Shown here in pieces: positions 12,243 to 24,768 of a DNA stretch of 64,000 bases. Every line of letters begins with the position of its first letter. The stretch's first letter is position 1. Position numbers and translations under genes: made by a program. Source of the stretch: Octopus vulgaris. Taxonomy: Eukaryota. Location: the NCBI GenBank assembly GCA_951406725.2, contig OX597818.1, forward strand, positions 115,196,001-115,260,000, given 5' to 3'. Below the pieces are notes generated by a model. That model searched no databases and was not told where the DNA came from. It worked only from the letters and a program-made list of their open reading frames with translations.

Positions 12243-12658
12243 ATAGTAAAAAGTGAAAAAACTACAGAAGGCTTGTTTTATAAGGTTAAAGAATATATTT
12301 GAGTCATTATGTTGGAAGAATGTTATAAAATTTTTTCATACAGTAACATAGTTTTTGAGAAATTACCGGTTTCGTGTTAACTTTTCAAATTTCTCAAGTG
12401 TCTCTCAAGGTAACTACATCGTGTTATGTCTTCGTTATGAAGTGCAAAGAAGAGTTCTTTGCACTTCATAACGAAGATATAACACGATGTAGGTAAAGAC
12501 ACTTGAGAAATTTGAAAAGTTAACACGAAACCGGTAATTTCTCCTAAAACTATGTTACTGTATGAAAAAATTTTATAACATTCTTCCAACATAATGACTC
12601 AAATATATTCTTTAACCTTATAAAACAAGCCTTCTGTAGTTTTTTCACTTTTTACTAT
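12243..12658. repeat. Near-perfect fold-back element (arms about 205 bp) in (TA)n, with minimal hammerheads
   Basis: Arms 12243-12451 and 12455-12658 with a 3-nt loop (gag); flanked by TA tracts. Confidence 0.9.
12505..12543 (+). ncRNA. Minimal type I hammerhead with U3-A8 variant core (predicted); mirror copy at 12357-12395 on minus
   Basis: gagaaat-TTGAAAA-gt-taac-ac-GAAA-ccgg-TA-atttctc: perfect 7-bp stem I, 2-bp stem II, palindromic ACCGGT stem III. Confidence 0.7.
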
Positions 12659-13509
12659 TTTCTATATATATATATATATATACATATATATATACGTGTG
12701 TGTGTGTGTGTGTGTGTGTACGTGCGTGCGTGCGTGTCTGTGCTTGTCACCACAACAATCGCTTGGCAACCGATATTGGTATGCTTACGTCCCCGCATCT
12801 TAGCGGCCCAGCAAAAGAGACCAACAGAATAAGTACTAGGCTTACAAAGAATAAGTCCTGAGGTCGATTTGTTCGACTAAAGGCGGTGCTCCAGCATGAC
12901 TGCAGTCAAAAATGACTGAAACAAGTAAAAAAGAAAAAAAAAACTCAAGTGTGTTTAGATATCGTTATTTTTCTTGTTACTAACTTGGCCACAAATTTTA
13001 GCGAAGAATACTGGATAACTGTTTCGATCCCACTTCTTGGCTGCTATTTTATTTTATATCAACTCTACAAGAAGGATACTTAAACTCCTCTACTAATTCG
13101 ATATAGTGGAATGCCGAAAGACACTTTATCCGTTAACTGATGTTCTAACGGTCCTGTCACTTCACTGAAAGACCGATTGGCTCTAGTTTACTTTAGAAAA
13201 AATATTCTACGAACCAAACGAGAACGTTACATCTGCTGTGTTGGTTTTTAGCGGTGAAAATAATTATCTTGTTTCAAGCGATATGCTATTTTTTAATGGC
13301 AGCAATTAGATGATTAAAATAACTAGTGCACCAGTGCTTCAATAATATTTATCTTAATTAAATGCATTGAAAATTATTATAGACTAAAACGAAAACATAT
13401 GTGATTTGCTAATGATCATTGAAAATATATAAATAACAGGAAACTGATGTCCGTTTAAAATACAAGGAAGAGAGATATTGCTGAGTGTTACATTTAATCT
13501 TGGGGTAAA

Positions 13510-13591
<82 letters not shown>

Positions 13592-13679
13592 CCTACCTAC
13601 CTACCTACCTACATACCAACCTATTTATATATCTATCTAGCTGTCTATCTTTCTGGACCGCTGAAATCTACATTTTTTT

Positions 13680-13830
13680 CATTCTCTCTGTTTATTTTCT
13701 CTTATTCCTTGCTGTTGAAGAGCATAGGCTCGAAACGTAAAATACTTTTTCATTTTCTCGAGCGTCAAACTAATACACTTGCTTGTTGTTCATACACCTG
13801 TCTTCGTTTCTTAGTTTTCTATGTATTTCA
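13680..13830 (+). mobile_element. Penelope pLTR-like short repeat (ctgttgaagagc...gctcgaaacgta motif); relatives at 21478-21520(-), 22640-22760(-), 29830-30240(+), 47200-47390(-)
   Basis: Five dispersed homologous copies, mostly beside microsatellites; hairpin gagc-rtag-gctc followed by GAAACGTA, as in PLE termini. Confidence 0.55.
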
Positions 13831-13869
13831 CACACACACACATTATACATACATACATACATACATACA

Positions 13870-13905
<36 letters not shown>

Positions 13906-13986
13906 TATAATAAAGACTATTTGCCAACATAATGTGGAAGTACTGGAGGGCACGAATGTTACTGTAGTTTAGCCCAAGAAACCGTT

Positions 13987-14047
<61 letters not shown>

Positions 14048-14050
<3 letters not shown>

Positions 14051-14170
14051 TCGAGTCAATCTCTTGGTATCGGAGTTTCAACTGGTGCTCAGGTTCTTCG
14101 GGCAAGTTATGACTCATGACTTGCGCCGCTTACCGCTGAAACTCGGAGTAGCAGGAGACTGATGCGAGCA
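14048..14170. repeat. Decayed fold-back next to (TA)n with hammerhead-like motif (CCGAAGA core, minus 14063-14106)
   Basis: Minus strand cttgc-CCGAAGA-acctg-agcac-cagtt-GAAA-ctccga-TA-ccaag; homologous inverted arm tgaaactcgggagtagcaggag at about 14137-14160. Confidence 0.45.
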
Positions 14171-14247
14171 AAATTAAATATATTACTAATCTTTATTATG
14201 ATGCTGTGTACTCTTTTTTTCTGATAGTTACAACTAAACCAAGACAC

Positions 14248-14355
<108 letters not shown>

Positions 14356-14356
14356 G

Positions 14357-14667
14357 TGAAATTAACGTACAAGTGGCTGAACACTCCACAGACACCTGTA
14401 CCCTTAACGTAGTTCTCGGGGAGATTCAGCGTGACACAGAGTGTGACAAGGCTGGCCCTTTGAAATACAGGTACACTCAGAAACAGAAAGAAAGAATGAG
14501 AGAAAGTTGTGGTGAAAGAATACAGCAGGGGTCGCCACGACCCACTGCCGGAGCCTCGTGGAGCTGTAGGTGTTTTCGCTCAATAAACACTCACAACGCC
14601 CAGTCTGGGTATCGAAAGCGCGATCCTAAGACCGCGAGTCCGCTGACCTAACCACCGGGCTATTGCA
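14357..14667 (-). mobile_element. SINE type C, partial
   Basis: Matches 15610-15915. Confidence 0.8.
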
Positions 14668-14702
14668 TATAGATGTGCATATATATATATATATATATAT
14701 AT

Positions 14703-14927
14703 CTTTACTGCCCACAAGGGGCTAAACATAGAGGGGACAAACAAGGACAGACAAACGGATTAAGTCGATTACATCGACCCCAGTGCGAAACTGGTACTTT
14801 ATTTATCGACCCCGAAAGGATGAAAGGCAAAGTCGACCTGGGCGGAATTTGAACTCAGAACGTAATGACATACGAAATACCGCTAAGCATTTCACCCGGC
14901 GCGCTAACGTTTCTGCCAGCTCGCCGC
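14703..14927 (-). mobile_element. SINE type A, full-length monomer
   Basis: Head to ...gtgggcagtaaaga tail. Confidence 0.8.
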
Positions 14928-14931
14928 ATTT

Positions 14932-15086
<155 letters not shown>

Positions 15087-15533
15087 AACATACATACAAA
15101 CATACAGACAAACAGGCAGGCAGACAGACATATTAAAAGCATCAACTGACAACAAATACAGGCTATGGAACAGTAAAGAAATAAACTACATCGTTGCCAA
15201 CCGCGAAAGAATGTTCTCCAGATAAAACATAGCCGTGAGGAGGTGTGTAACGTTAACAAAAACATGTCTGAAATAAAAGACGAAAGAAAACAATAACAAA
15301 TAACGATGAGAATACTGGGACTGATAGTTCCAAAAATATTGGTTAAACCTAAGAATACGAGCAGGAACGAAATTAAATCTAACCTGATATTCTTGTTTGG
15401 GCTCACAAAATAAAACATGAACTGTTGTGGCAGTTAGCTGTATGACTAGACATAAGGCTGCTTAAATAAAATACAAGTGAAAGAAGACATCCCTGGGCTG
15501 TTAAGGAGCAGTCTACACATCATGCGAGATAAT

Positions 15534-15923
15534 GGATGGATGGAAGCACTCCGTCGGTTACGACGACGAGGGTTCCGGTTGATCCGAATCAACGGAACAG
15601 CCTGCTCGTGAAATTAACGTGTAAATGGCTGAGCACTCCACAGACACGTGTACCCTTAACGTAGTCCTCGGGGATATTTAGCGTGACACAGAGAGTGACA
15701 AGGCCGGCCCTTTGAAATACAGGTACAACAGAAACAGGAAGTAAGAGTGAGAGAAAGTTGTGGTGAAAGAGTACAGCAGGGATCACCACCATCCCCTGCC
15801 GGAGCCTCGTGGAGCTTTAGGTGTTTTCGCTCAATAAACACTCACAACGCCCGGTCTGGGAATCGAAACCGCGATCCTATGACCGCGAGTCCGCTGCCCT
15901 AACCACTGGGCCATTGCGCCTCC
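15534..15923 (-). mobile_element. SINE type C (tRNA-Arg-like head), full length with 11-bp TSD
   Basis: TSD tgcgagataat at 15523-15533 and 15924-15934; head ggaggcgcaatggcccagtggttagggcagcggactcgcggtc...ggtttcgattccc. Confidence 0.88.
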
Positions 15924-16982
15924 TGCGAGATAATATCCGTATGAATATCAAACTCGAGGTCTGTGCAGTTTTCTTGACTGGATCCATTAATCAACCCGCT
16001 TCCTGGACTATGGGCTTACCGGTGGAGGTAAAGGATATGGACCGCACCCCGTTTCGGTTATTTTTTATTTATATATTATTATTATTATTATTTCTACAGA
16101 AACATTTTTTCGACTGCGAAGATTCCGATTCCGAATCCGCTAAAAAATTAAAAAATCGGCATTTCAAAATTTTTATCCCCACCCCACTCTCCAATTTTTC
16201 ACTTTTTTAAGAATTTTTTGTTTGACGAAATGCGTAGTCTTCTCCCATCATTCATCTCATCAATGTTTCTGTCCAGCCGGCAAGCTACTCTCTGTTATGT
16301 CTTTATGGTAAAATTTTGGAATAACATTAAGTAAATAGAATAATGTTGCAACATTCTGGCTTCTTTTGGATACCCCCTCGTATGTATGTATCTATGTATG
16401 TATGTGTGTATGTATCAATGTATATGTGTATGTATGTGTGTATGAATATGCGCAGTCTTTATATGCAGACAATTAAAAATACATGCTAGATCGCGTATTC
16501 AGCGTTTTTATACGTGCATTTAGACCTGCAAATACGCATGCGCAGTTTCGCTGTTTACAAACAAACTCACATATTTTCAAACTACAATTACTGGCATACA
16601 CACACATACACTCTCTTCTATGTATATACATACATGTATACATGCTCATGCCAACACACAGAGGCGAACTGACACACATACCCACAGTGCTGTAGATTAA
16701 AAAAATGATGCAGCTGAATAGATATACACGTAAACATATATTTATACAGATGTCCGCACGTAGATATGCAAGCACATTCCCAGTTGCACACATTGGCGGA
16801 CAAATTCATAAATACAGAAACACAGATGCATGTGCGAATGGGTTATGCTGCCCTAAGAATGACCGCAATAGGGAACATCATTAAATGTCTTTTCCACGTG
16901 GTGCTATTAAATCAGTCATGTCCTGAGCCAATTCTGACCAAAACTTAACTAAATATTCTGAGTAGTACATATGCACAAGTGC

Positions 16983-17332
16983 ATACATACATACATACAT
17001 GCATAGATACATACATACATACATACATACATACATACATACATACATACATACATGCATGCATACATACATACATACATACATACATACATACATACAT
17101 ACATACATACATACATACATACATACATGCATGCATGCATGCATGCATACATACATGCATGCATACATACATGCATACATACATGCATACATACATACAT
17201 ACATACATGCATGCATACATACATACATACATACATACATGCATGCATACATACATACATACATACATACATACATACATACATACATACATACATACAT
17301 ACATACATACATACATACATACATACATACAT
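16983..17332. repeat. (CATA)n/(CATG) microsatellite
   Basis: Direct reading. Confidence 0.95.
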
Positions 17333-18645
17333 AAACACACTGCCTAAATATCAATAAACTTTGAATTAACTTTCTCCGGAAAAGAGAAAGTTAATTCGGA
17401 GACAACAGATCCAATCCATCACTGGAACTGTAGAAACCTGTAAAACTTTCTAGAAGTTTATCATTTAAATATATATGAGCATGTCTAGATATGTAACTAT
17501 ATGCATGAGTGTACATACATAAAACAAAGCATATAAACTGCACATATACATACATACATTCATACATACAAACAAACAAAAATACCTTGATGTTGAAATT
17601 CGAATCAAGGAAACTTGGATCTAGGTTAGAAACCAGTTCTTCCTCCTTTGGCAAGAAATCTTGAAATAAACTGAACAGTGACATACATACATACATACAT
17701 ACATACATACATACATACATACATTCAAGCAAAAATACCGTGTTGTTGATGTTGAAATTCCAATGAAGGAACCTTGGATCTATCTAGGTTAGAAACCGGT
17801 TCTTCCTCTTTTGGCAAGAAATCTTGAAATGAAACTGAATAATGACATACATATATGCATACATACATAATGGTAGAAGCCATAGTCACTCATAATAAAA
17901 AGGAGTACTGGTGAAAACCTCATTAAAATGTAACCAATGAAAACCTCAATAAAATCTAAGCACAACAGACCTGATATAATGATTGGGGATAGAGAAGAGA
18001 AACTGTGCACTGTTGTGGAAATTAGCTGCCCAGCGGATGTTAATATAAGGCTGAAGATCAATGAGAAAGAGAATACCTACACTGAACTTTGCAGTTACTC
18101 TATCCTGATTACAAGTTGAGGTTTATACCCGTAATTATTGGGACCCTGGGATATGTAACACACTGCCTAAATATCAATCTTGAGAAATTAAGCATCTCAA
18201 AACCAGAAAGGAGAAGGCTGATTCGAAGACTACAGATTCAATCCATCACCGGGACTGTAAAAATCTGCAAAGCTTTCCAGAGGTTTTTCATTTAAGTATA
18301 TATGCGCATGTCTAGATATGCAATTATATGCATGAGAAGACATACATGGAACAAAACATACAAATCTGCTCTTATACATATGTGCATGCATACATACAAA
18401 TATAAATACCCTGCTGTTGATGCTGAAATTCCCCTGATGAAGCCCTGGATCTGGGTTAGAAACCGACTCTTTTTCTATTGGTGAGAAATTTTGAAATAAA
18501 ACTGAATAACAACATACATACAAACAAACAAAAATACCCCGTTGTTGATGTTGAAATTTCAATGAAGTAGCATTGGATCTAGGTTAGAAACCGATTCTTT
18601 CTCTATTGGAAAGAAATCTTGAAATAAAACTGAACAATGACATAC
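17333..18645 (+). mobile_element. Four tandem 5'-truncated R4/Dong-like copies separated by (CATA)n
   Basis: Copies at about 17333-17680, 17725-17845, 17870-18510 and 18530-18640. ORFs 17937-18295 give KHNRPDIMIGDREEKLCTVVEISCPAD...LYPDYKLRFIPVIIGTLG; each 3' end runs into catacatac. Confidence 0.85.
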
Positions 18646-18652
18646 ATACATA

Positions 18653-19065
18653 GGCGCAGGAGTGGCTGTGTGGTAAGTAGCTTGTTAACCAACCACATGG
18701 TTCCGGGTTCAGTCCCACTGCGTGACACCTTGGGTAAGTGTCTTCTACTATAGCCTCGGGCCGACCAAAGCCTTGTGAGTGGATTTGGTTGACGGAAACT
18801 GAAAGAAGCCCGTCGTATGTATATATATATATATATATGTATGTATATGTATGTGTGTGTGTTTGTGTGTTTGTGTGTCTGTGTTTGTCCCCCTAGCATT
18901 GCAATTGTGTTTATGACCCCGTTACTTAGCGGTTCGGTAAAAGAGACCGATAGAATAAGTACTGGGCTTACAAAGAATAAGTCCCGGGGTCGAGTTGCTC
19001 GACTAAAGGCGGTGCTCCAGCATGACCGCAGTCAAATGACTGAAACAAGTAAAAGAGTAAAAGAG
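18653..19065 (+). mobile_element. SINE type B, full length
   Basis: Matches 8871-9262. Confidence 0.82.
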
Positions 19066-19632
19066 TATACATACATACATACATACATACATGCATACAT
19101 ACGTACGTACGTACGTACATACATACATACATACGTACGTACATACATGCATACATACATACATACCTACATGCATATGTGAATTTGTCTGTGTTAACTA
19201 CATACCAAAGCTGGAGCTTTGTACCTTCGTTGGAAACCGACTCCCTCCTCAGTGGAAGATTTATAATAATTAAAATATAGAAGAGACATACACACAGATC
19301 ACACACATATACGCAAGCATTAAACACATGTGCTTACACAACTCACGCATAGATAAACCTCTGATACGTCAATATTCACACACATGCATATTCACACACA
19401 TACACACACTTGTACATACACGTAATTATGTTATGCGTTGTATCTTATGATAGTTTATTTTATAAACAGGTAATAGAAAATTACTCAGGATGTGTTAGCT
19501 AAACTTTCTGCTACGTCAAATTATTTTTCCCAAAAATTACAAACACGTCATTTCTGTGGTTATGTAAACTTTATATCAAAAAAATGTTCGAAAGCAGTTT
19601 CGAGTCTGGACGCTTTGCGCGTGACATTATTC

Positions 19633-19690
<58 letters not shown>

Positions 19691-19801
19691 AAAATTATAA
19701 AGATAATAAAAATTATATATATATATATAGGTGCCAGCTCGCCACCTATCAATGATGACGCCACCTATCTATGATGACGCCACCTATCTATAATAAAAAT
19801 T

Positions 19802-19839
<38 letters not shown>

Positions 19840-19844
<5 letters not shown>

Positions 19845-20495
19845 GAGTGTATTTTTACCTTGTTAACAATTAACACGGAAAAATAAATAAATAGTTACCA
19901 GGGCAGCAAAAATCTCACAAGTAAAGATGTTGTAACTCCTTGTTTATAAAGGTTGAAACTTCGTGTTTACGTTGAATATTTTGAATAATATGAATAAAAA
20001 ATGGAGTTAAGGCAGGTTTAAACAAGTATTTTTACTTTCGACACATGTTTCGAAAATTCCACTGATACTATTCAAAAGAATAAATGGTATAAACAATGCA
20101 ATCTTCTCTTCGGGAAAATGAAAAAAACGAAACTCGTCAATACGACATTTTAGCAAAAAATGATGGATTTGTATAGCGATAGACAGAACGCTATTAATAT
20201 TGTTTAAAAAAACGTTATATGATATAACGTCATAAGTAGCTAACAGAAAGAGTAGGGATATTAATAGTGAATGTTAAATATAAAGGAAATTAAAGTTTAA
20301 ATTATATATAGTGATAGGGACTACTTATATGCACTAAATGTATGTTTCTGCCAATGCTTACATCTGTATGCTCGTTCTATAACCGTGTTTACTAGAGTAT
20401 TTTTAGAAAAAATAATGAAAAATAGCTCAGAATTGCAGAGAAGACAGAATTTCTTGCCTTTGTCATATGGTATCGAATGGTTGATCCTCTCAATT

Positions 20496-20500
<5 letters not shown>
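19840..20500 (-). mobile_element. Penelope-like retroelement 3' fragment (GIY-YIG C-terminus, 3' region and hammerhead) in (TA)n
   Basis: Minus frame 20321-20500 encodes ...PYDKGKKFCLLCNSELFFIIFSKNTLVNTVIERAYRCKHWQKHTF, matching the PY...C.LC..E...I......N...E....C.H..K tail of PLE endonucleases. Hammerhead downstream; TA tracts on both sides. Confidence 0.75.
20035..20118 (-). ncRNA. Type I hammerhead-like motif with CCGAAGA (U4C) core
   Basis: Minus strand ttttc-CCGAAGA-gaaga-[long loop]-ttttc-GAAA-catgtg-TC-gaaag; stems I-III can be formed. Confidence 0.62.
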
Positions 20501-20553
<53 letters not shown>

Positions 20554-20589
20554 AATTTTTATTATCTTTATAATTTTTATTATAGATAG

Positions 20590-21012
20590 GTGGCGAGCTG
20601 GCAGAAACGTTTGCACGCCAGGCGAAATGCTTAGCAATATTTCGTCTGTTGCTGCGTTCTGAGTTCAAATTCCACCGAGGTCGACTTTGCCTTTCATCCT
20701 TTCGGGGTACATATTTAATCGACCCTGGAAGGATAAAAGGCAAAGTCGACCTCGGCTGAATTTGAACTCAAAACAGCGGCAGGCGAAATGCCTATTTCTT
20801 TACTACCCACAAGGGGCTGAACACAGAGAGGACAAACAAGGACAGACAAACGGATTAAGTCATTTAATCGACCCCAGTGCGTAACTGGTACTTATTTAAT
20901 CAACCCTGAAAGGATGAAAGGCAAAGTAGACCTCGGTGGAATTTGAACTCAGAACGTAGCGGCAGACGAAATACCACTTAGCACTTCGCCCGGCGTGCTA
21001 ACGCTGCTGCCA
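20590..21012. mobile_element. SINE type A cluster: plus copy 20590-20710 facing a minus dimer 20712-21012
   Basis: Homology to the type A consensus in both orientations. Confidence 0.75.
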
Positions 21013-22205
21013 CCTTTATTGATGCAACTTATTGAAGATAAAAATTTTTCTCCTTTCGCCTTCTTCAGAAAATAAAAAAAAAACGTCCGTCCTTAGTCTG
21101 TTCAGTCGACACTCCGTCCCTGCTGCCATAACCACCAACGATGAATTTGGCCTATGAACAAATGCCTTCTATACACTTATATCAGCTTTCCGACAAAGCT
21201 GCAAATGCAAGCAGTATTCCGACTCCGACTGAGAACAGTCAGAACGGTTTCATCGCTCCATCGTCCTCGCGGACAGAATCGGTTGACAGACGCTCTATAC
21301 CTGAAGAATTTGCCATTAACTGTCAATATCCTCTATCCCGGTAGCATTGTCAGGTTATGGAATTCTGAAAGTTATCCATAGTTTCCCGTTTCAAAGTCCT
21401 CCCAAACAATCCAACCAGATGGTTCTCATCAATTCCCAGTATTTCCCCACAAATCGTCATTATTTCACGCAAGTCATGAAAAAGTCTTTTACGTTTCGAG
21501 CCTATGCTCTTCAACAGCCTCTTGTGTGTAGTAAAGAAACAGGTATTTCGTCTACCGGTCTGCCGCTACGTTCTGAGTTCAAATTCCGCCGAGGTCGACT
21601 TTGCCTTTCATCCTTTCGGGGTCGATTAAATAAGTACCAGTTACGCACTGGGGTCGATATAATCGACTTAATACGTAAAAAGCCAAGATGGAAGATTCAC
21701 CGATTACATAACCCAAGTGATAGAGGCATTTGATCGTCTGACAACGTTCCAGAGGCCAGTTACTCAGTCTGGGTCTTTGACTGATCAAGGGCAGCAGTTC
21801 TTATGAACAGATGGACTATGGAAAATGCGAGCATCATAAAAAGCAATTAAACCAGGATATGCAACTACAGTACTTTTCTGCACATCTCATCAGCTACGGT
21901 ACACCGAGTAATGTAGAGGTTGTTAACGGCAGATGGAATACACTCCTTCGAGTAAACACCTATTTTTGTAAGATACTTCGACGGTAAATTATTTTCCTGT
22001 TTCATTAACCGCACAAGTTTAGTTGTTTATAATCTGTCAGATACAAAATTAACGAGTTCCTTAATGTAATATTTTCCCGGACAGTTTGTGAATTTCTTAT
22101 CGTGTCTTTGGTATGTTTACGTACGTTGGTGTATGCGCGGGCGTGTGTGTATATGTGCGTGTGTAAGAGAGAGAGAGAGAATGGAAGAGAAAAAGAGAGT
22201 GTGGG

Positions 22206-22279
<74 letters not shown>

Positions 22280-22387
22280 CTGCTTACGTCTATACTTCCT
22301 GTTGTTAGGAAAGATGAATCTGATTCGAAACAATTCCGGGTGGACATGATGGCTGGATAACCATCAAACTATCTGACACAAAAAGGA

Positions 22388-22428
<41 letters not shown>

Positions 22429-22970
22429 AAGAGACAGATAGACAGAGAAAGAGAGAGGGGGAATGAGAGGCGCTAGAATTATGAGGTTTTGCATTTGCCT
22501 GTTACAAAATACAATTTTTGCTCCATCAAGTTTCTCTCCCTTCTTTTTTCTTTCTACTTGATGCGTATGCGTATATATCCTCAAATGGATGTGCCTACTA
22601 CACACACTCACACAGACACATATATACACACATATATAGTTGAAATTTATAGAAAAACAAAAGACAAAAACAGGTGTATGAACAACAAGTAAGTGTATTA
22701 GTTTGACGCTCGGGAAAAACGAAAAAGTCTTTTACATTTCGAGCCTATGCTCTTCAACAGCCTCTTGTGTGTAGTAAAGAAATAGGTATTTCGTCTACCG
22801 GTCTGCCGTTCTGAGTTCAAATTCCGCCGAGGTCGACTTTGCCTTTCATCCTTTCGGGGTCGATTAAATAAGTACCAGTTATGCACTGGGGTCGATGTAA
22901 TCGACTTAATCCCTTTGTCTGTCCTTGTTTGACCCCTCTATATTTTGCGTATGAATTCTGTTTATCAATA

Positions 22971-23220
22971 CAGGGTGTTCAGAAAGTTTCTCCGCATTTT
23001 CACCATGGCGCTACTCCAAGAGTGTCTCGGTGAACAGATTATTTCGAAGAAACTTATGCCACCAAGATCACCTGATTTAACACCGCCAGACCTTTTTTTC
23101 TCTTATAAAGTTTTTAAAGTCTGTTAATGTCTAATATATCCTTTTTTAGTCTTATACCATCTTATAAATATTTATTTTGCAATAAAATACTTACTGCTGA
23201 GAGACGTTTTGAACACCCTG
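22971..23220 (+). mobile_element. Deleted Tc1/mariner-superfamily element (maT/rosa-like MITE)
   Basis: TIRs ta|cagggtgttca...tgaacaccctg; internal PPRSPDLTPPDLFF motif. Confidence 0.75.
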
Positions 23221-23224
23221 CATA

Positions 23225-24324
23225 TCTATTATATAAAATCAGCTCTGTCTGTGTGTGTGTGTGTGTTTTCTAGGATCTCGGGCATCCGCTATCCGATTGC
23301 ACTCAAATTTGATATGTAGATACCGACGGTATCAGGGCGTGTATAAGTCTTGAAAAAATTACAAAAATTGATTCTAGGGGATCCCGGGTGAGAATGCGAT
23401 CGATAAAGCCGTGGGAACGTGCATTTGTACGCGCAAGTACATCAGCTGTTGCGATCAATACTACGCGTACGCGAGAAAAATGCACGTGCAGTTTGCACAA
23501 AAAAAGCCGGCTGGCTTGAAATAATGCCACAAAATGCAATATATTTAAGATGCAAAAGATATATTTTCTTCAAACTTGGCATGAAGGAAGGAAAGACTAT
23601 TTCTCAAGAATTTTTTTTTTTGCCTTAACTTCGTTTAACAAAACCAAAAATTTTATTGAAATAAAGGCATGCTTAATTATTTTTTAATGAAAAGAAAACA
23701 TTGATTGCTTTTTATTCAAGGAGGAAAATACTATTTTCTTGCTAATAAATGATTTCTGTTGTCTTACAGCTTTAAACCAAAAAAGTGTATTTTTTAGTGA
23801 AAGAAAACCATTACTGTATTCATCGCCTCAAGTTGATTTCCTACATCTTTTATCGGACAAACTTATTATCGTCCCAGGTACGTTCTCATAAATTCATCAT
23901 GCTTTTCCATCTAGATTTACCTCCAGCTAACCCATTTGCATGCATCGTTTTTCTCCTGCTTTCTTCCGTCAACCTGTACATAACTGCACCTTCCAATTTT
24001 TGCTGTTTTTGTACTGTTCAAAGGCACGTTTCTTTCCTGCCAAGCTTACTGTTTAAATCATGTTTGTGTTCTCCCAGTCAACAGCCTTTATCATTACTGG
24101 TACTTTAAACTCTTCGGTTGCATATTTGTTTGAATAAAATCGTTTTTCTTTAGAATAGAAAAACAGTCTATCTTTAGTTCTTCTGCTGGTGTCTCAAATT
24201 TAGGTTAAATCAGTGTTTCTCAAAAGGAAGGTCTATGGGACGGTCGGACAAGTTGCTTTGAGAAAATTTGGTTTAAATGTTTGACAACTCAGCACCGTCC
24301 ATTGGACGCGGGGCGTTTTGCTCG
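23225..24324 (+). mobile_element. Putative non-autonomous Helitron (second family)
   Basis: A|TCtattatataaa, 5' (GT)n microsatellite and ccgattgcactcaaatttg; 3' hairpin gtcca-t-tggac and degenerate CTCG|T end. Confidence 0.55.
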
Positions 24325-24442
24325 TACATATATATATATATATATATATACATAATAATTATTATTTGAGGGAATAACATCCAAACTTACAAGGAAAAAG
24401 AATTCAATTTAGATATACTAAATCAAATTCCACACAATATAA

Positions 24443-24768
24443 TATATATAAAATATTAGAAAAAAAACACCTTTTATCAATTCAAAATGAATAATTAAAT
24501 TACACCTTCTAGAAAATTACTTATAATAGAAAAGTTAAAATTAAAATAACAATTAAAAAGTAAAGATTAAGTAAATTACAAGAATAATGTAATGTATATA
24601 ATAGGTATTATATACATTACATTATTCTTGTAATTTACTTAATCTTTACTTTTTAATTGTTATTTTAATTTTAACTTTTCTATTATAAGTAATTTTCTAG
24701 AAGGTGTAATTTAATTATTCATTTTGAATTGATAAAAGGTATTTTTTTTCTAATATTTTATATATATA
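24443..24768. repeat. AT-rich near-perfect palindrome (arms about 160 bp) between TA tracts
   Basis: Centre ...gtatataata-gg-tattatatac... at 24604-24605; arms match almost base for base. Confidence 0.9.

Noticed and set aside
18425-18475. Hammerhead-like CTGATGA...GAAA in a Dong-like 3' UTR
   Set aside because: Only this copy has CTGATGA (others read caatga, cagtga or similar) and stem I and the UH site are not convincing.
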